DNA of 64,000 nt from Octopus sinensis (taxonomy: Eukaryota): NCBI RefSeq assembly GCF_006345805.1, contig NC_043003.1:96720001-96784000 (forward strand), in the 5' to 3' direction. Positions 48,053-62,843 of this stretch are shown here, in pieces. The notes below the pieces were generated by a model. That model saw nothing but the letters and a program-made list of their open reading frames with translations, was not told the DNA's origin and made no database searches. A program made the position numbers and the translations under genes. The first letter of the stretch is position 1, and each line of letters opens with the position of its first letter.

Positions 48053-49141
48053 GTAATGCAATACGAGAGTATTGCTTTCCAGTAAAGAATAGCCCGTGAG
48101 GGAAAGTTATACATAGAAGTAAATATATGGCACAACGAAGTACCGATATTTACTGGAATAAGCACGACGCTTATATATAGCTTCACCGCGTATGTACTAG
48201 CAAAAATGCGTGTGTGCAACAAACTTGAAAAAAATTGTCTTACCTCCAGGGAGAATATCTGAAAGATGAAATACCTAGAAAGGGATAATGTGGTACCGGC
48301 TTGAGATTTTTCAAGATATGTCTGCGCACATATACTTGATTTATTTTCATTAGCCAACATATACCTCGACAACATTTCAATTGTTGCCACATCAATGCCA
48401 ATGCACTCGACTGAAACGCCAAAACGCTGACAGAACGAGAACAGTGAAGAAGTTTCAACAAAAATAGTAATGCAATACGAGAGTATTGCTTTCCAGTAAA
48501 GAATGGAGGTAAGACAATTTTTTTAAAGTTTGTTGCACACACGCATTTTTGCTAGTACATACGCGGTGAAGCTATACATTAGCGTCGTATTTATTACGTT
48601 CGCTATTTTCCAGTAAATATCGGTACTTCGTTGTGCCATATATTTACTTCTATGTATAATTTTCCCTCACGGGCTATTCTTTACTGGAAAGCAATACTCT
48701 CGTATTGCATTACTATTTTTATTGGAACTTCTTCACTGTTCTCGTTCTGTCAGCATTTTGGCGTTTCAGTCGAGTGTATTGGTATTGATGTGGCAACAAT
48801 TGAAATGTTGTCGAGGTATATGTTGGCTGATGAAGATAAATCAAGTATATGTGTGCAGACATATCTTAAAAAATCTCAAACCGGTACCAGATTATCCCTT
48901 TCTAGGTATTTCATCTTTCAGATGTTCTCCCTGGAGGTAAGACAACTTTTTTCAAGTTTGTTGCACACAAGCATTTTTGCTAGTACATACGCGGTGAAGC
49001 TATACATTAGCGTCGTATTTATTACGTTCGCTATTTTCCAGTAAATATCGGTACTTCGTTGTGCCATATATTTACTTCTATGTATAATTTTCCCTCACGG
49101 GCTATTCTTTACTGGAAAGCAATACTCTCGTATTGCATTAC
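48053..49141. mobile_element. Foldback composite built from a ~250-bp MITE with 38-bp TIRs (GTAATGCAATACGAGAGTATTGCTTTCCAGTAAAGAAT)
   Basis: TIR copies at 48053 (+), 48467 (+), 48676 (-), 49104 (-) and 47896 (-); central unit 48467-48713 is flanked by TA. Confidence 0.7.
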
Positions 49142-49145
49142 TATA

Positions 49146-49198
<53 letters not shown>

Positions 49199-49199
49199 T

Positions 49200-49422
49200 T
49201 ACTACACACAGGGGGTTAAACACAGAGGAGACAAATAAGGACAGACAAAGCGATTAAGTCGATTACATCGACCCCAGTGCGTAACTGGTACTTAAGTTAT
49301 CGACCCCGGAAGAATGAAAGGCAAAGTCGACCTCGGCGGAATTTGAACTCGGAGCGTAACAGCAGACGAAATACGGCAACACATTTCGCCCGGCGTGCTA
49401 ACGTTTCTGCCAGCTCGCCGCC
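49200..49422 (-). mobile_element. tRNA-derived SINE
   Basis: Head GGCGGCGAGCTGGCAGAAACGTTAG, B-box-like GAGTTCAAATTCC, GGGGTCGAT body motifs. Confidence 0.7.
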
Positions 49423-49503
<81 letters not shown>

Positions 49504-49812
49504 GGAGGCGCAATGGCCTAGTGGTTAGGGCAGCGGACTCGCGGTCGCAGGATCGCGGTTTCGATTCCCAGACCGGGCGTTTTGAGTGTCTATTAAGCGA
49601 AAACACCTAACGAGGCTCCGGCAGGGGGTGGTGATCCCTGCTGTACTCATTCACCACTCTTTCTCCCACTCTTTCCTCTGTTGGCCTGCTCGCTTAGCCA
49701 GCGGGGTGGCGTCATTCGAAGGCTAAAACAATGCGAACGCATTGTGACCAGCGATGTGTAAATACATCTGATGGTCTGGTCGGTCACGTGATCGTCACGT
49801 GATCATGTGATG
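49504..49812 (+). mobile_element. tRNA-derived SINE
   Basis: A-box TGGCCTAGTGG, B-box GTTTCGATTCC, non-tRNA body, CACGTGAT repeats at the tail. Confidence 0.75.
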
Positions 49813-50064
49813 TATATATATACGCACACATAAAGAATATGATGGATTTAGTTCACTTATGATCTAAAGGAATAGGTGTCCTGGGTAAGTCCTACAGTTG
49901 GCTGACTGTTACGTTCCAAGATCACAACTAAGGATGGATCTAGGGATTCGTTTTATGGTTCCATTATAGATGGTATATATCATATTAGAAGAAAAAATCA
50001 AAACCAAATCAGAACGAGTATCTCAAGTCATTTAAAATAATCTCATTAGGGTTAGGTGAATTGG

Positions 50065-50144
50065 AAGTCTTACAGCCGTTTCCGGAATAACCCAAGTAGC
50101 TGGTTAGCATGTCCGTGCACTGAGTATTCTGCCATCAGAGACTT
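50065..50144 (-). ncRNA. Degenerate paralog of the 28651-28730 hammerhead
   Basis: Core CTGATGG (A9 to G) and a stem II mismatch. Confidence 0.5.
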
Positions 50145-50824
50145 TTTACTGCCGTGATTTACCTTTTTTTTTCACTGAAAACCTGTACCTTCATAGAAGT
50201 ACTGACCAACATCCATATCCTATGGAAAAAGTGAGTTGTGAACACTATTCTCCTGCCTATATTCTTCTAAGTACTTTTACTCTTAATTCTTCTATTTTAT
50301 TCCTTGTGTGTGTTTGTGTGTGTGTGTGTGTGCGTGCGCGTGTGTGTGTGTGCCTGTGTCTGTGCGAGTGTGTGTGTCTATGTGTGTGCGTGTGTATATA
50401 GTTATATCCTGGTAAGTACAGTATAAAGTTCTTTCCCGCGTACCTGGAAAAGGACCTGGCTTCCTGGGACGCGACAAGTTGAACCCCACGTTTAAGTGCT
50501 AAAAAGTTATTGTCCGTCTTATCCTTAACCAATCTCCCATCAACAAAAATTATAACTTCAACTGCCAGAGTTTTTGAGCTGGTCTAAAATGATCTTGTTT
50601 CGCTTCTGGCGTACTCGTGTTGAATTATGTCTGAGGTGACTTCGGATATCATTCTTTTGCCTATATTCTTGTGATGAAGGTAAACTGAATTCTTCCTGCA
50701 AAATATTCGGAATTATATGTTGTCTAGATTTGATTTTCCAATTAAGCTATATAACTTTCCCACATCGCTTTTTAACTATACCTGGCGACCACACAAAAGT
50801 TTCTTTTATAAATTGCCGTACCCA

Positions 50825-51300
50825 CATTGGCTGTCCAAGGCAGAACTATCTCATGAACCTCTTGTGTTAATCGAATAAATCCGTTTTGCTTTTTTTTCTA
50901 CAAATATGTAGCAAAATATCTACATAGTTTGAATTTGTCTCCTAATCACAAGTTCTGCAAGAGACTTCTCTTCAAGGGAAACTTGACTTCATTACCTGAG
51001 ATCCAATATCTGAAACTAGGGTTTCTTGGAATCCGAATTGGCTGAACACTTGCTTTAGCTTGTGAATTATGGATGAAGTTGAAATAGCAGTGGTTATGAA
51101 AATTTCACTCCACTATGAAATAGCATCCATTATGTAATAAAAAATATTTACCAATTGTAGGATCAGTAAAATCAATGCGAACCCTGGACCCTGGTTTTTC
51201 AGGTACTGGCCGTGGTTGCCAATCAGACCTTCTAAGTATCTGTCACGGTAAATAAAGCATTTTGCACATTATACCTACAGATATGGAAGCAATAACAACA
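50825..51300 (-). pseudogene. Ty3/Gypsy integrase relic
   Basis: WQPRPVPEKPGSRVRIDFTDP resembles the PW.R.HIDFAGP integrase block; heavily decayed. Confidence 0.55.
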
Positions 51301-51699
51301 TGTTTGTTGTCTAACTTTTTGATTCACCAGGAGATACGATAATACATCAGCTTCATCAGATTCACTCGTTGCCTTGTATTTGAGTTGAAAGTTATACCCT
51401 AGTATCATTTTTTCTCATCTTTGTAAGCAATTTGCTGAATAAACTAGAGCGCATTTTTTCCGAACCGAAAATAGGTACAAGGGATGTATTTTCCGTGCAA
51501 CATTTTGCAAAATCTTTTAACTCCACACCTAAGAACTAATACTTCATTTTGTAATTTGACTGCAGTTTCTTTCCGCTTTACTCAGGGTAGCAGGTTTAAA
51601 ATGGATTAAAAACCAAAAATCTGACTGATTGTCCAGTGTGGATGCGGGAGAAACACCCACAAAGACATATGCGCTAGAGGAAGAATATTCACACGTTTT

Positions 51700-52570
51700 C
51701 AAAAATTTCTTGTGGCCTCGCAAGTTATACAAACTACATTTGTCACTAAAACCTCATTTACAGCCTATATTTAGGCCTCGCAGACCAGTTCTGTATGCAT
51801 CCAAGTCCAAGGCTGACCAAGAGTTAGACCATCTGGTACAATTAGACATAATGAAACCTGTTAACTATTCAACTTAGGCAGCACTAGCATTGGTGGTTAG
51901 CAAAGCAAAAGGTTCTATTCGCTTTGTGCAGATTTTTCGACTCGATTAAGACCACTGCTACCTATTCCTGAAGATATTTTCAGTAAGCTTAATGGTTGTC
52001 GTTCCTTCACAAAAATAGATCTGGCTGATGCTTACTTACAAATTGAAGTTGATGATAAATTGAAAACAGCTGTTAAAATTTAATTCTCACAGAGGTCTTT
52101 ACCGATATCAATGATTGCCATTCGAAATGAAAAACGGCTCCAGCTATATTTCCACAAGTAATGGATTCAACGACTGCAGACATATCTGAAGTTTCAACTT
52201 ATTTGGACGATATTATAGTGGCTGGTTCAATAAACGAAGAATTGTTTCATCGATTCGATACTCTTTCCCATAGAATGAATTCATTTGGTTCTCAAGTAAA
52301 AAAGAATTAATGCAATTTTATATGACATCAATAAAATATCTTTGATTTATTATAAACGAAAACAGTCGTAACCAGACCCAACAAATGTGGAAGCAATTCT
52401 GAAAATGTCAGTTCCATCAGATTTTAACCAACTGAGATCGTTCTTGGGCTCCTTAGTTATTAATGTATGATCCTAACTTGAAGAGGCGAAAGAATTATTG
52501 CAATCTGAGTTATCACTAACTTATTATGACTCGAAACTGGAAATAACAGCGGCTGCAGATGCCTTGGAAA
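51700..52570 (+). pseudogene. Ty3/Gypsy reverse transcriptase relic
   Basis: LKPHLQPIFRPRRPV, IFSKLNG...FTKIDLADAYLQIEVD, YLDDIIVAG (~52200), LRSFLG, with stops and frameshifts. Confidence 0.8.
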
Positions 52571-53551
52571 CGAGCGGATACCTAAAAACATTATGCTTAC
52601 CTCCCTTGAGTGTTTCTTGTCGGGGCAAAACTTTCCATAACGTTTTTGCACAGCAAAACTACTACAGTTGAAGATGACCAGAATTTCTTTTTCTATCAAT
52701 AGTTAATGATTTAGGATTAGTTTCCACTTGATTTATTAACTCTAAACTCGTTAGCACTTCACTAGTTTCAATCGTCTTCATGTCGTTCTTCGAGTTTAAA
52801 ATTTTCACACTGCATAACTGACAAAATCCTCCTCCTTCAGTATGATGCTCTTTATACCTTTCTGAAAATGGTTTTGATTCCAGAGACAACTAGGTACATA
52901 AATCTGAGTGTAAAAATGGTCATTATTTGAATGTGAAATACTGATTTCCTTCATTTTTCAATGAATAGCAGGTGAGCGACTATCTTTTGATACAGACACA
53001 GTAAAGGCTACGCTTTCAGGCTTTTTGAAAAAGTTTTCAGGAGTAACCCAATAGGTTTACTATTAATTCCGTGAAATATTCACAGGTGTCGCTAGTACAT
53101 AAACATGTACATGCATGCATACATACATACATACATTGTGGCTGCCCCCTCGTTATCGAGTATGGCCATTGCACGAAGCTTAATCAATGTTGTTATCGTG
53201 CAATGCCTGTGCAAGACATTTTTTTTTAAAGTGGGGAAAGGCTGTGCATTGAGTCAATCCCACTCACTAAGCAACAGCAGCCATAATCCGAAAAGAAGAA
53301 CAAGTCAACATCATCGGTAAGCACTGAGTTACAGGTTTTATATCGGAGTTATCCCAGTTACCTGAGTTACCTTCTCCTAGAAGGATGCCCTAACAAAGAC
53401 TAGGAGTCCTTCACTCCCAATGGTTTAACCGCGCGATCGGGTATTCAGTCCGATTATTTCTGTCCTCACGCATGATCCAGCCTTAAGACATTTATTGGAT
53501 GGCCGTTGACTCTCAAGAGTTCCTCCGCCCTTTGACGGGTTTTGTTTTTCA

Positions 53552-53794
<243 letters not shown>

Positions 53795-55080
53795 TTAACT
53801 TTGTTTTTGCCCTTGGGCATATGGCGTAGTGGTTAAGAACTCGTTAAACTAACCCTAAGACTACGAGTTTGATTCCAGGGAGTGACCTGAATAATAATAA
53901 TAATAATAACAATAATAATAATAATAATAATAATAACAATAATAATAATAATAATAATAATAACAATAATAATAATAATAATAATGATAATAATAATAAA
54001 TGAAGTGTTAGCATGTACCTTTCATAAAGTCGCTGCCGCAAAAATATTTTTATTTTTGTAAGTAAAATTTAGAAATAAGGGTGAATATTTGATAATATTT
54101 AACAAATATTAGCTATACTTGCGTTATAAAGTGGCCAATGTAACTCACCAGATTACGAGCCAACCGCAAATATCTACGTTAACAACCACAAACTAAGGAT
54201 GCGACCTATCAACTGATGCTGCGACCTATCCACTGGTGCGACCTATCCTCTGGTGTGAGCTATCCACTGATGCGACCAATCCACGAGCATACAGCGGGTT
54301 TCTATGTTGTTTCTCAACTTGATGTAAACCAAACTCTTACACACTTCCGTATTAGAATCGGAAATGTGTATTACATAAAACTAACTTTTGTATTTAACAC
54401 CTGAGAGAAAGAACAATGTGGTAATGAATTTTTAGATGATATTTCTAATCAGTGAAGTTTCACTTGTGACTGAATAACAACATATTAACCGTAACAGTAA
54501 TACACTCGGCAATCACAAAACTACACCAACGATCAGAAGAACAACAAGTACAAAATGCGCATTGTGTAAAAATGTACTGGAATACTTACATGCAAAATAT
54601 ATACTGACTATTGAAACTAAAACACTGAGTTTTGGTGTGATGATCATTTTTCAGTTTGTACGGAAAGACACAAATAATTGAAGATAAGAAAATGCCTCTC
54701 AATAAGTATTGCTTTGAAAGCCGTTGTTAGTCACTCGCATTTGTCACTGGCTGATCGTTATTTTATTTTATTTTCTAAAGTGAAAGAGGCGGGTGGGCGA
54801 GCACATTTAGGTAGACGTACGTGAAAATAATGGGTGTTCGTGTCGTTATATAGGTTCCTGTATATGAAAGGTAATGGAGCGGAGGTGAAGAATGCTACTC
54901 GTTTTCAGCATAACCCTAACCCTAAACACCGAGTGTGGGTATTCTTTACCTTCGCCGACAATGAGTGTATATGTGTGTGTGTTGTATTAAATCATACACA
55001 CACAAAAACATACTTGCACAATGTATGTATTTATTTATGTATGTACGTACATATGAAAGATAATGGTAGTGTATGTGTGT

Positions 55081-55114
<34 letters not shown>

Positions 55115-55239
55115 TGTGCGTGCGTGTGAGTGTCTGTCTGTGTGCGAGCGTGTTCAGCTTTATGTATTTGTACTCACGCACACAAAGACACATGCACATT
55201 CATTTATCTTTCATATTACACAGACATGCATACATATGT

Positions 55240-55650
55240 AGGCGCAGGAATGGCTGTGTGGTAAGTAGCTTGCTTACCAACCACATGGTTCCGGGTTCAG
55301 TCCCACTGCGTGGCATCTTGGGCAATTGTCTTCTGCTATAGCCTCGGGCCGACCAATGCCTTGTGAGTGGATTTGGTAGACGGAAACTGAAAGAAGCCTG
55401 TCGTATATATGTATATATATATATGTATGTGTGTGTATGTCTGTGTGTCTGTGTTTGTCCCCCTAGCGTTGCTTAACAACCGATGCTAGTGTGTTCACGT
55501 CCCCGTCACTTAGCGGTTCGGCAAAAAGAGACCGATAGAATAAGTACTGGGCTTACAATGATTAAGTCCCGGGGTCGATTTGCTCGACTAAAGGCGGTGC
55601 TCCTGCATGGCCGCAGTCAAATGACTGAAACAATTAAAAGAGTAAAAGAG
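55240..55650 (+). mobile_element. tRNA-derived SINE (3' part also at ~36500-36630, minus strand)
   Basis: GGCGCAGGAATGGCTGTGTGG head, GGTTCAGTCCC B-box-like motif, CATGGCCGCAGTCAAATGACTGAAAC tail. Confidence 0.72.
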
Positions 55651-56050
55651 TTATACATTCATCATGCAAGTGTGTAAGTGAATACAAATACATAGAGCTG
55701 GACACGATTGATTGCCATTGTTGTTTATGATACTAGAATGTAGGTAATTACTCAATGATTGATAACAGACGAACTGTTGACAGGAACTAGCTAGTGAGCT
55801 GGTCTGCAGAGAAGGACTCCCAGTTTGGTGGGTTGGGGACTCTTGCCTGAAATCTGAGATGGCCGATCGCATTCGCCCTCACAGTGTGTAACTGAACGAA
55901 ACGAAATAGATACTACACCAACACACTCTCGTTTGCGATTGATTTTTTTTTGTGTATAGCTTAACGAATCTATAAAACTTTACTTTCTGCTTTACTGCTT
56001 CACCTGTCATAAATACTTAGTGTATACAGAAATCGATACAATTGATTATA

Positions 56051-56235
56051 TGTCATCATCATCATCATTGTTCGACCATGGTCGAGACAATGGAATTTAC
56101 CATGCTACGCCAGACTTCACGGTCAATCATGGCATTACGGAGGTCCTGTTGCTGGATGCCTGTAGCCCTGGAGATTACATCAGGGTAGGAGAGTGTGCGC
56201 CCTCTGGTATTGCGAGTAGATGGCTTCCAGAGGAG
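56051..56235 (-). mobile_element. 3' end of a 5'-truncated RTE-like LINE
   Basis: LLWKPS...GRTLSYPDVI...DLRNAMIDREVWRSMV stop followed by a (TGA)n tail. Confidence 0.6.
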
Positions 56236-58447
56236 AAGAGTAGAAATTACTTCTTTCTTATATGTCACTAACCTACAATCACAGTCAGTGGTGACTCGTT
56301 GATAAAATTAGTGGGGATACTGCTTCAGAAAATCTTTAGCAGCTGTTTTAATATTGTGTAAAAGGAAATAAACATATAAAACAATGGATCTTTGCGAAAT
56401 TGGGAAATTATACTCTATGCATAAGGGCCATAACTCCCATGACAATTCGTATATTTTTCCTTAGAAACAAATGAAGTAATATTTATAAAATTTCTTCTTA
56501 CAATTTAGTCATTTTATCTAAGCAGGAAGCTGTAGGGCAACCCGAGCATAAAAAGATGAACATTATTTGTAATTCAATGGTACAACTGTGTAAGAGTTTA
56601 CTTTGACATACACTTAGATTGTGATTTCTGCAATGTGGTGCATAAATTGTCAAGTATATGAGAGGCATTTTTGCCTCCACTGATTCAGTTGCAAAGTGCT
56701 GAGTAAAGTTATTTGGTTGCAGACCTCCTTTCAGTCTTTTTATTATCACTGGGTCACACATAGTCCCCAGTTGGTAACATTGATTCCAAGGCCTTCCCAG
56801 ATGAGTGACTGGTTATTCAAAAACATTTATAGATTGTAAATTTATTCTGTTCAGTTACTTATCAGTATAGTGGTCATTTGCAAACTCCAGAGGTGACACT
56901 TTCATCTCTCCTTAGCCCTCACGTCAAGCAGTTGTCAATGTTTATTTCAGTTGATTCACGCCATTCCAATTGCTATAGATCCGTAATGCAACTTACGGCT
57001 GTGCCTGTCACATGGATGGTGAGGAATCCTACATTGGGAGTGGTAACGACTAGGGTGCGGTAGCTGGCTGCTTATTATGATCATTCGTCCTTTGGTTTCC
57101 TGTAGTTTTGCTCTCTTTTACAAACTCAGTGAACATACATATATTTCCTATTTTAAGGAAATTCAAACAATAGATATAAGACCCAAGTTTAAAAGATTCT
57201 CAACAATTCAACTTCTCTGGTTGACATTAAGACACCCACCCACAAGGGGCCCTTAACACCCACATCTTAGAGCTCCATGACTGTGATTGTAGGTTAGTGA
57301 CATACAATCAATTGAATCGATTTCTGTATACACTAAGTATTTATGACAGGTGAGGCAGAGAAGCAGAAAGTAAAGTTTTATAGATTCGTTAAGCTATACA
57401 CACAAAAAAAAAAAATCAATCGCGAACGAGAGTGTGTTGGTGTAGTATCTATTTCGTTTCGTTCAGTTACACACTGTGAGGGCGAATGCGAAGTCCACCC
57501 GCTACCAAACCGGGAGTCCCATCTCTGAAGACCAGCTCACTAGGTAGTTCCTGTCAACAGTTCGTCTCTTATCAATCATTGGGCAATTACCTACATTCAA
57601 GTATCATAAACAACAATGGCAATCAGCTGTTAAAGCAATACGCATTGAGAGGCATTTTCTTATCTTCAATTATTTGTGTCTTTCCGTACAAACTGAAAAA
57701 TGATCATCACACCAAAACTCAGTGTTTTAGTTTCAATAGTCAGTATATATTTTGCATGTAAGTATTCCAGTACATTTTTACACAATGCGCATTTTGTACT
57801 TGTTGTTCTTCTGATCGTTGGTGTAGTTTTGTGATTGCCGAGTGTATTACTGTTACGGTTAATATGTTGTTATTCAGTCACAAGTGAAACTTCACTGAAT
57901 AGAAATATCATCTAAAAATTCATTACCACATTGTTCTTTCTCTCAGGTGTTAAATACAAAAGTTAGTTTTATGTAATACACATTTCCGTTTCTAATACGG
58001 AAGTGTGTAAGAGTTTGACTTCCATCAAGTTGAGAAACAACATAGAAACCCCCTATATGCTCGTGGATTGGTCGCATCAGTGGATAGGTCACACCAGAGG
58101 ATAGGTCGCACCAGTGGATAGGTCGCAGCACCAGTTGATAGGTCGCATCCTTAGTTTGTGGTTGTTAACGTAGATATTTGAAGTTGGCTCGTAGACAGGT
58201 CGCACAGTAATCTGGTGAGTTACATTGGCCTCTTTATAACGCAAGTATAGCTAATATTTGTTAAATATTATCAAATATTCACCTTTATTTCTAAATTTTA
58301 CTTGCAAAAAATAAAAATATTTTTGCGGCAGTGACTTTATGAAAGGTACAAGCAAACACTTCCAATCAGCTAAGATCAGGAGCCATGAGAGCACTGCCTG
58401 GTACTGCATCAGGGCATTTATTATTATCATTATAATAATAATAATAA

Positions 58448-58520
<73 letters not shown>

Positions 58521-60729
58521 TTATTATTATCATTATTATTATTAATCAGAACACTCCAAGGAATCAAGCTCGGAATCTTAGGGTTAGTATCCCGTGCTCT
58601 TAAACACTGCGCCATATACCCCAAGACAAAAAAAAAACTCAATAAAATTAAGGAGGTGGGGTGCTTATACTTTACCTCCGTCATTGCATGTATATATGTA
58701 TGTATGTACTCACACACACACATGTATGTTTGTGTGTCTATACGTCTGTCTGTCTGCCTGTATGTATGTATGTATGTGTGTATGTATGTATGTATGTATG
58801 TATGTATGTACGTATGTATGCATACATGCATGCATGTACATGTATATGTACTAGCGACACCCGTGAATATTTCACGGAATTAATAGTAAACCTATTGGGT
58901 TACTCCTGAAAACCTTTCCAAAAAGCCTGAAAGCGTAGCCTGTACTGTGTCTGTATCAAAAGATAGTCGCTCATCTGCTATTCATTGAAAAATGAAAGAA
59001 ATCATTATTTCACGTTCAAATAACGACCATTTTTACACCTACGTTTATGTACCTAGTTGTCTCTGGAATCAAAACCATTTTCAGAAAGGTATAAAGAGCA
59101 TCATACTGAAGGAGGAGGATTTTGTCAGTTATGCAGTGTGAAAATTTTAAACTCGAAGAACGACATGAAGACGATTGAAACTAGTGAAGTGCTAACGAGT
59201 TTAGAGTTAATAAATCGAGTGAAAACTAATCCTAAGTCATTAACTATTGATAGAAAAAGAAATTCTGGTCATCTTCAACTGTAGTAGTTTTGCACGCACG
59301 CACACACACAGACACACACAGAACACACACACACACACACACAACACACACACACACATACACACACAAACACACACACACACACACAACACACACACAC
59401 ACACACACACACACAATTATGGAAATTTTTGCCCCGACAAGCAACACAAGTCTCAAATAAGCTGCAAGTTCGCTCATACAGACAGGTTTTGTTTGCTTAA
59501 TGATTCAAGGGAAGTAAGCAAAAGTCCAATCGTTCAAGGGAGCTAAGCAGAAAGATTTGAGGTATCCGCTCGTTTCCATGGCATCTGCAGCCGCTGTTAT
59601 TTCCAGTTTCGGGTCATAATAAGTTAGTGATAAATAAGATTGCGATAATTCTTTCGCCTCTTCGAAGGCTTCGTGTTTTTGTATCTTTCTGAAGCAGATG
59701 GTTTAAGGTTCACTGAAACGTTGCATGGAAGGTAGGATCATACATTAATAGCCAATCAGCCCAAGAACGATCTCAGTTGGTTTACAACTGATGGAACTGA
59801 CATTTTCAGAATCGTTTACATTTGTTAGATAAGACGAACAATAAATTTTTAGCACTTAAACGTGGGGTTCAACATGTCACGTCCCTGGAAGATAGGACCT
59901 TTTCCATGTATCCGTGAACGAACTTTATACTGTACTTAACTGAATAATCTATACACTCACACACGCTCACACGCACAACACATAAACAACGCATACACAC
60001 ACACCACACACACACACACACACACCACACACACACACACTCACACACGCACACACATCATTATCTCTGTATTATAATGCTGAAATGCGAAAATCCCTAT
60101 CTTAAAAGGTGTCGTTGCTAAGGCCTAAAACGTACTTTGACAAGTCTACTCACATTCTTTTATATATCTGTCTTCCTCCATCACTCACTCTCTTTTCTCC
60201 CTTCCCATCAGCTTCTATCTATAACGTCGTTTCACGACGTCTACCTCCCTTCCATTCATTTTCTCTCTATAACAAAGTTTCACAGCGTCTAGCTCCCTTC
60301 CTTTCACATTCTCTCTATAACGTTATAGAGAGAACGTGAAAGGAAGGGAGTAAGTAATAATGAGTGAATGAGAATAACGACGAAGGGTTTGAAAAGCGTA
60401 AAAATATTTTGTTTCTCAACTTACTCAACATCTTTTGTTGTTTATAAATGGGAGAGAGATAGATAGAGAAAGATAGAGAGAAAGAGAAACGAGGGAAAGT
60501 CTAAATATATTTCCCTTTCGCCTTCATTAGCGCTGTCACCCTCTCTCTCTTTACGTCTGTCTGCATTCATAGAGATAATTATCACCGCTACCACCACAAC
60601 CAACCAATCATGAGAACAAATATTATGAATCAGATATTTATTGGGTTAATTTATATGTGTGTGTGTGTGTGATGTGTTCTATATATAAATATGTATATAT
60701 GATGTATATATACAAAGTGTATATATCTG

Positions 60730-60773
<44 letters not shown>

Positions 60774-60802
60774 GCATACTTTTTTATATATAATGCGTAC
60801 AC

Positions 60803-60847
<45 letters not shown>

Positions 60848-61270
60848 ATGTGTGCATTATGTGGTCGGTTGAGCGGAAAACATGCACACCTATGTTAAAA
60901 GTACTGGCGAGTTTGCAATGGCAACTATTTTTATCCTCAAATGAAAGGCGTTGCCTCTACGACAAAATTCCTCATCTTATAAAATGTGGCCCGAGTAGAC
61001 CCGAGTGAAATCAGGTAATATTAACCAAAATGTGAAAAGGGGTCTAAATGGGGCTGGAAAGGGATTAAAATTTACAGGAGCGGGTGTTTAGGAATTCTCT
61101 GTTACATCAAGCTAAAAAATTTGCGCCAGCCTTTTAATCGTCAATGTGTTGCCGTCCATGATGAAGAAGTTTTGAATGCTTGCCATGGTGAGTCTACTGT
61201 CGTGAGAAAGAATCACTTCAAAACTTGATGTTTAGCAATTTTCTTTTACATCAAGTTCAATGTTTTACGC

Positions 61271-61739
61271 CTATCCCCGATTTTGTAATGGCGTGGGTTA
61301 TGTGGCACATATTTTTATAATTAATAAACTGTATATTGCTGCGTTGGACAACCATGTTTTTATGCCTGATGATGCTTGGAATGGACTTTTAGCAGAAAAA
61401 TTGAATATAGAGCTACCTTACACAAATAAATTTTATGAATTTTACAATCCTATTCAGAAATTTTCTTCACCTGATTATGCGTCAAGTCTACTAATGTTTT
61501 TAGTAATTGATAAGCGAAGTAATCGGAATGACGTGGAAGCTATAGAAGAAAAACTTTTAACCATTTTTGCTAATCGCAGCGCCAAGAACCAAGGAGAAAT
61601 TTTGTATATTGAACATAATACAGACGAAATATCTTATATTCGTGTGTGGCTGATAATTATAGCAATAATCCTATCTTTTGTACTTTACGAAACAAGAAAA
61701 TATTTTCGAAGGTTCTCAATTATATATTTCAAAATTTGA
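61271..61739 (+). pseudogene. 3' third of the GT31 gene in copy B; 5' part deleted
   Basis: PRFCNGVGYV...RRFSIIYFKI nearly identical to 38635-39102; upstream sequence matches 33650. Confidence 0.88.
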
Positions 61740-62742
61740 CATTTATGTAAGTTTTTTTGAATATGATTTATAAATACAATTCATAAAATATTTTGGTATT
61801 AAGGGAAATGAGTAAGGATTCTCTTACTTTTTGTAATTAATTCACATGTCTTTAATTGTCTTTTATAAAGATTTTTCCACCGAAATATCATTCCCTCTTT
61901 AATTAACCATCGTAATTATGACTTCAAGATTGTAATAGCGAATACATTTTAAAAAAATTATTTTTTAATAAACAGAAGAATACACTAAGCATGTATTTTT
62001 ACTGCTGTTAAGACCGAGACCAGCGTCCATTAAGTAGACGTATAAAATCAGATATTCACACCCACGTTAATCTAGATCTTTTCTTGTGTATTGCACATTT
62101 AGAATTATATTATCCAAAGCACACGTCCTCTCTATTTTAAGCATTAAAATGTAATTCGCGGGTGATTTCACTACTATTCCTAACATGTCGAACAACTACA
62201 AAGAATCTCTTTCGTTGCCTCACATTTTATCATATCTTGGTCTATAGGAATTGGTCTTTAACATCACTTAAGAATATTATAAAATCTGGACTTAACATTT
62301 TGTGCTTTTGAGTGACGAGCAATGCGTGGCTCCCTTTGTCTTATCACTCAGTATTTACAACTGAAATTTACATAAATGTTTGTGAAGCTGGATTGATAAA
62401 AACGTATTAAAAGCTGTGTAACATGCCTTAAATAACATCACAGCATATTTTGCAAACACACATCAGTCACTATTTTCAACAGATGATGAACAATAAATTA
62501 TCAGCTAAGATCCCCTTGTGCATTCCGTTTACAGTAAAGCATTCTTTCATATGGTTTTGCTAGGAGCGTTCAGTCAATCGAGGGCTTTCAGGACAGTAGT
62601 AGATTAGAAGTTTGTTGTACGGAGAATAGCAACTTATTGTAGCGTGGATTGAAATCGTATCCTTGTCGACGCGGAGCAGTTTTTTTTATACGTTAACAAT
62701 ACAAGCAAAAATTAAAAGAAAACAGATACAAAAACACAGTCA

Positions 62743-62843
<101 letters not shown>

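Noticed and set aside
48820-48880. CTGATGA-AGATA...TATCT in the foldback as a hammerhead
   Set aside because: GAAA is missing or out of register and there is no stem I.
49504-49580. tRNA gene
   Set aside because: A and B boxes are present but run into a SINE body with no convincing cloverleaf or poly-T terminator.
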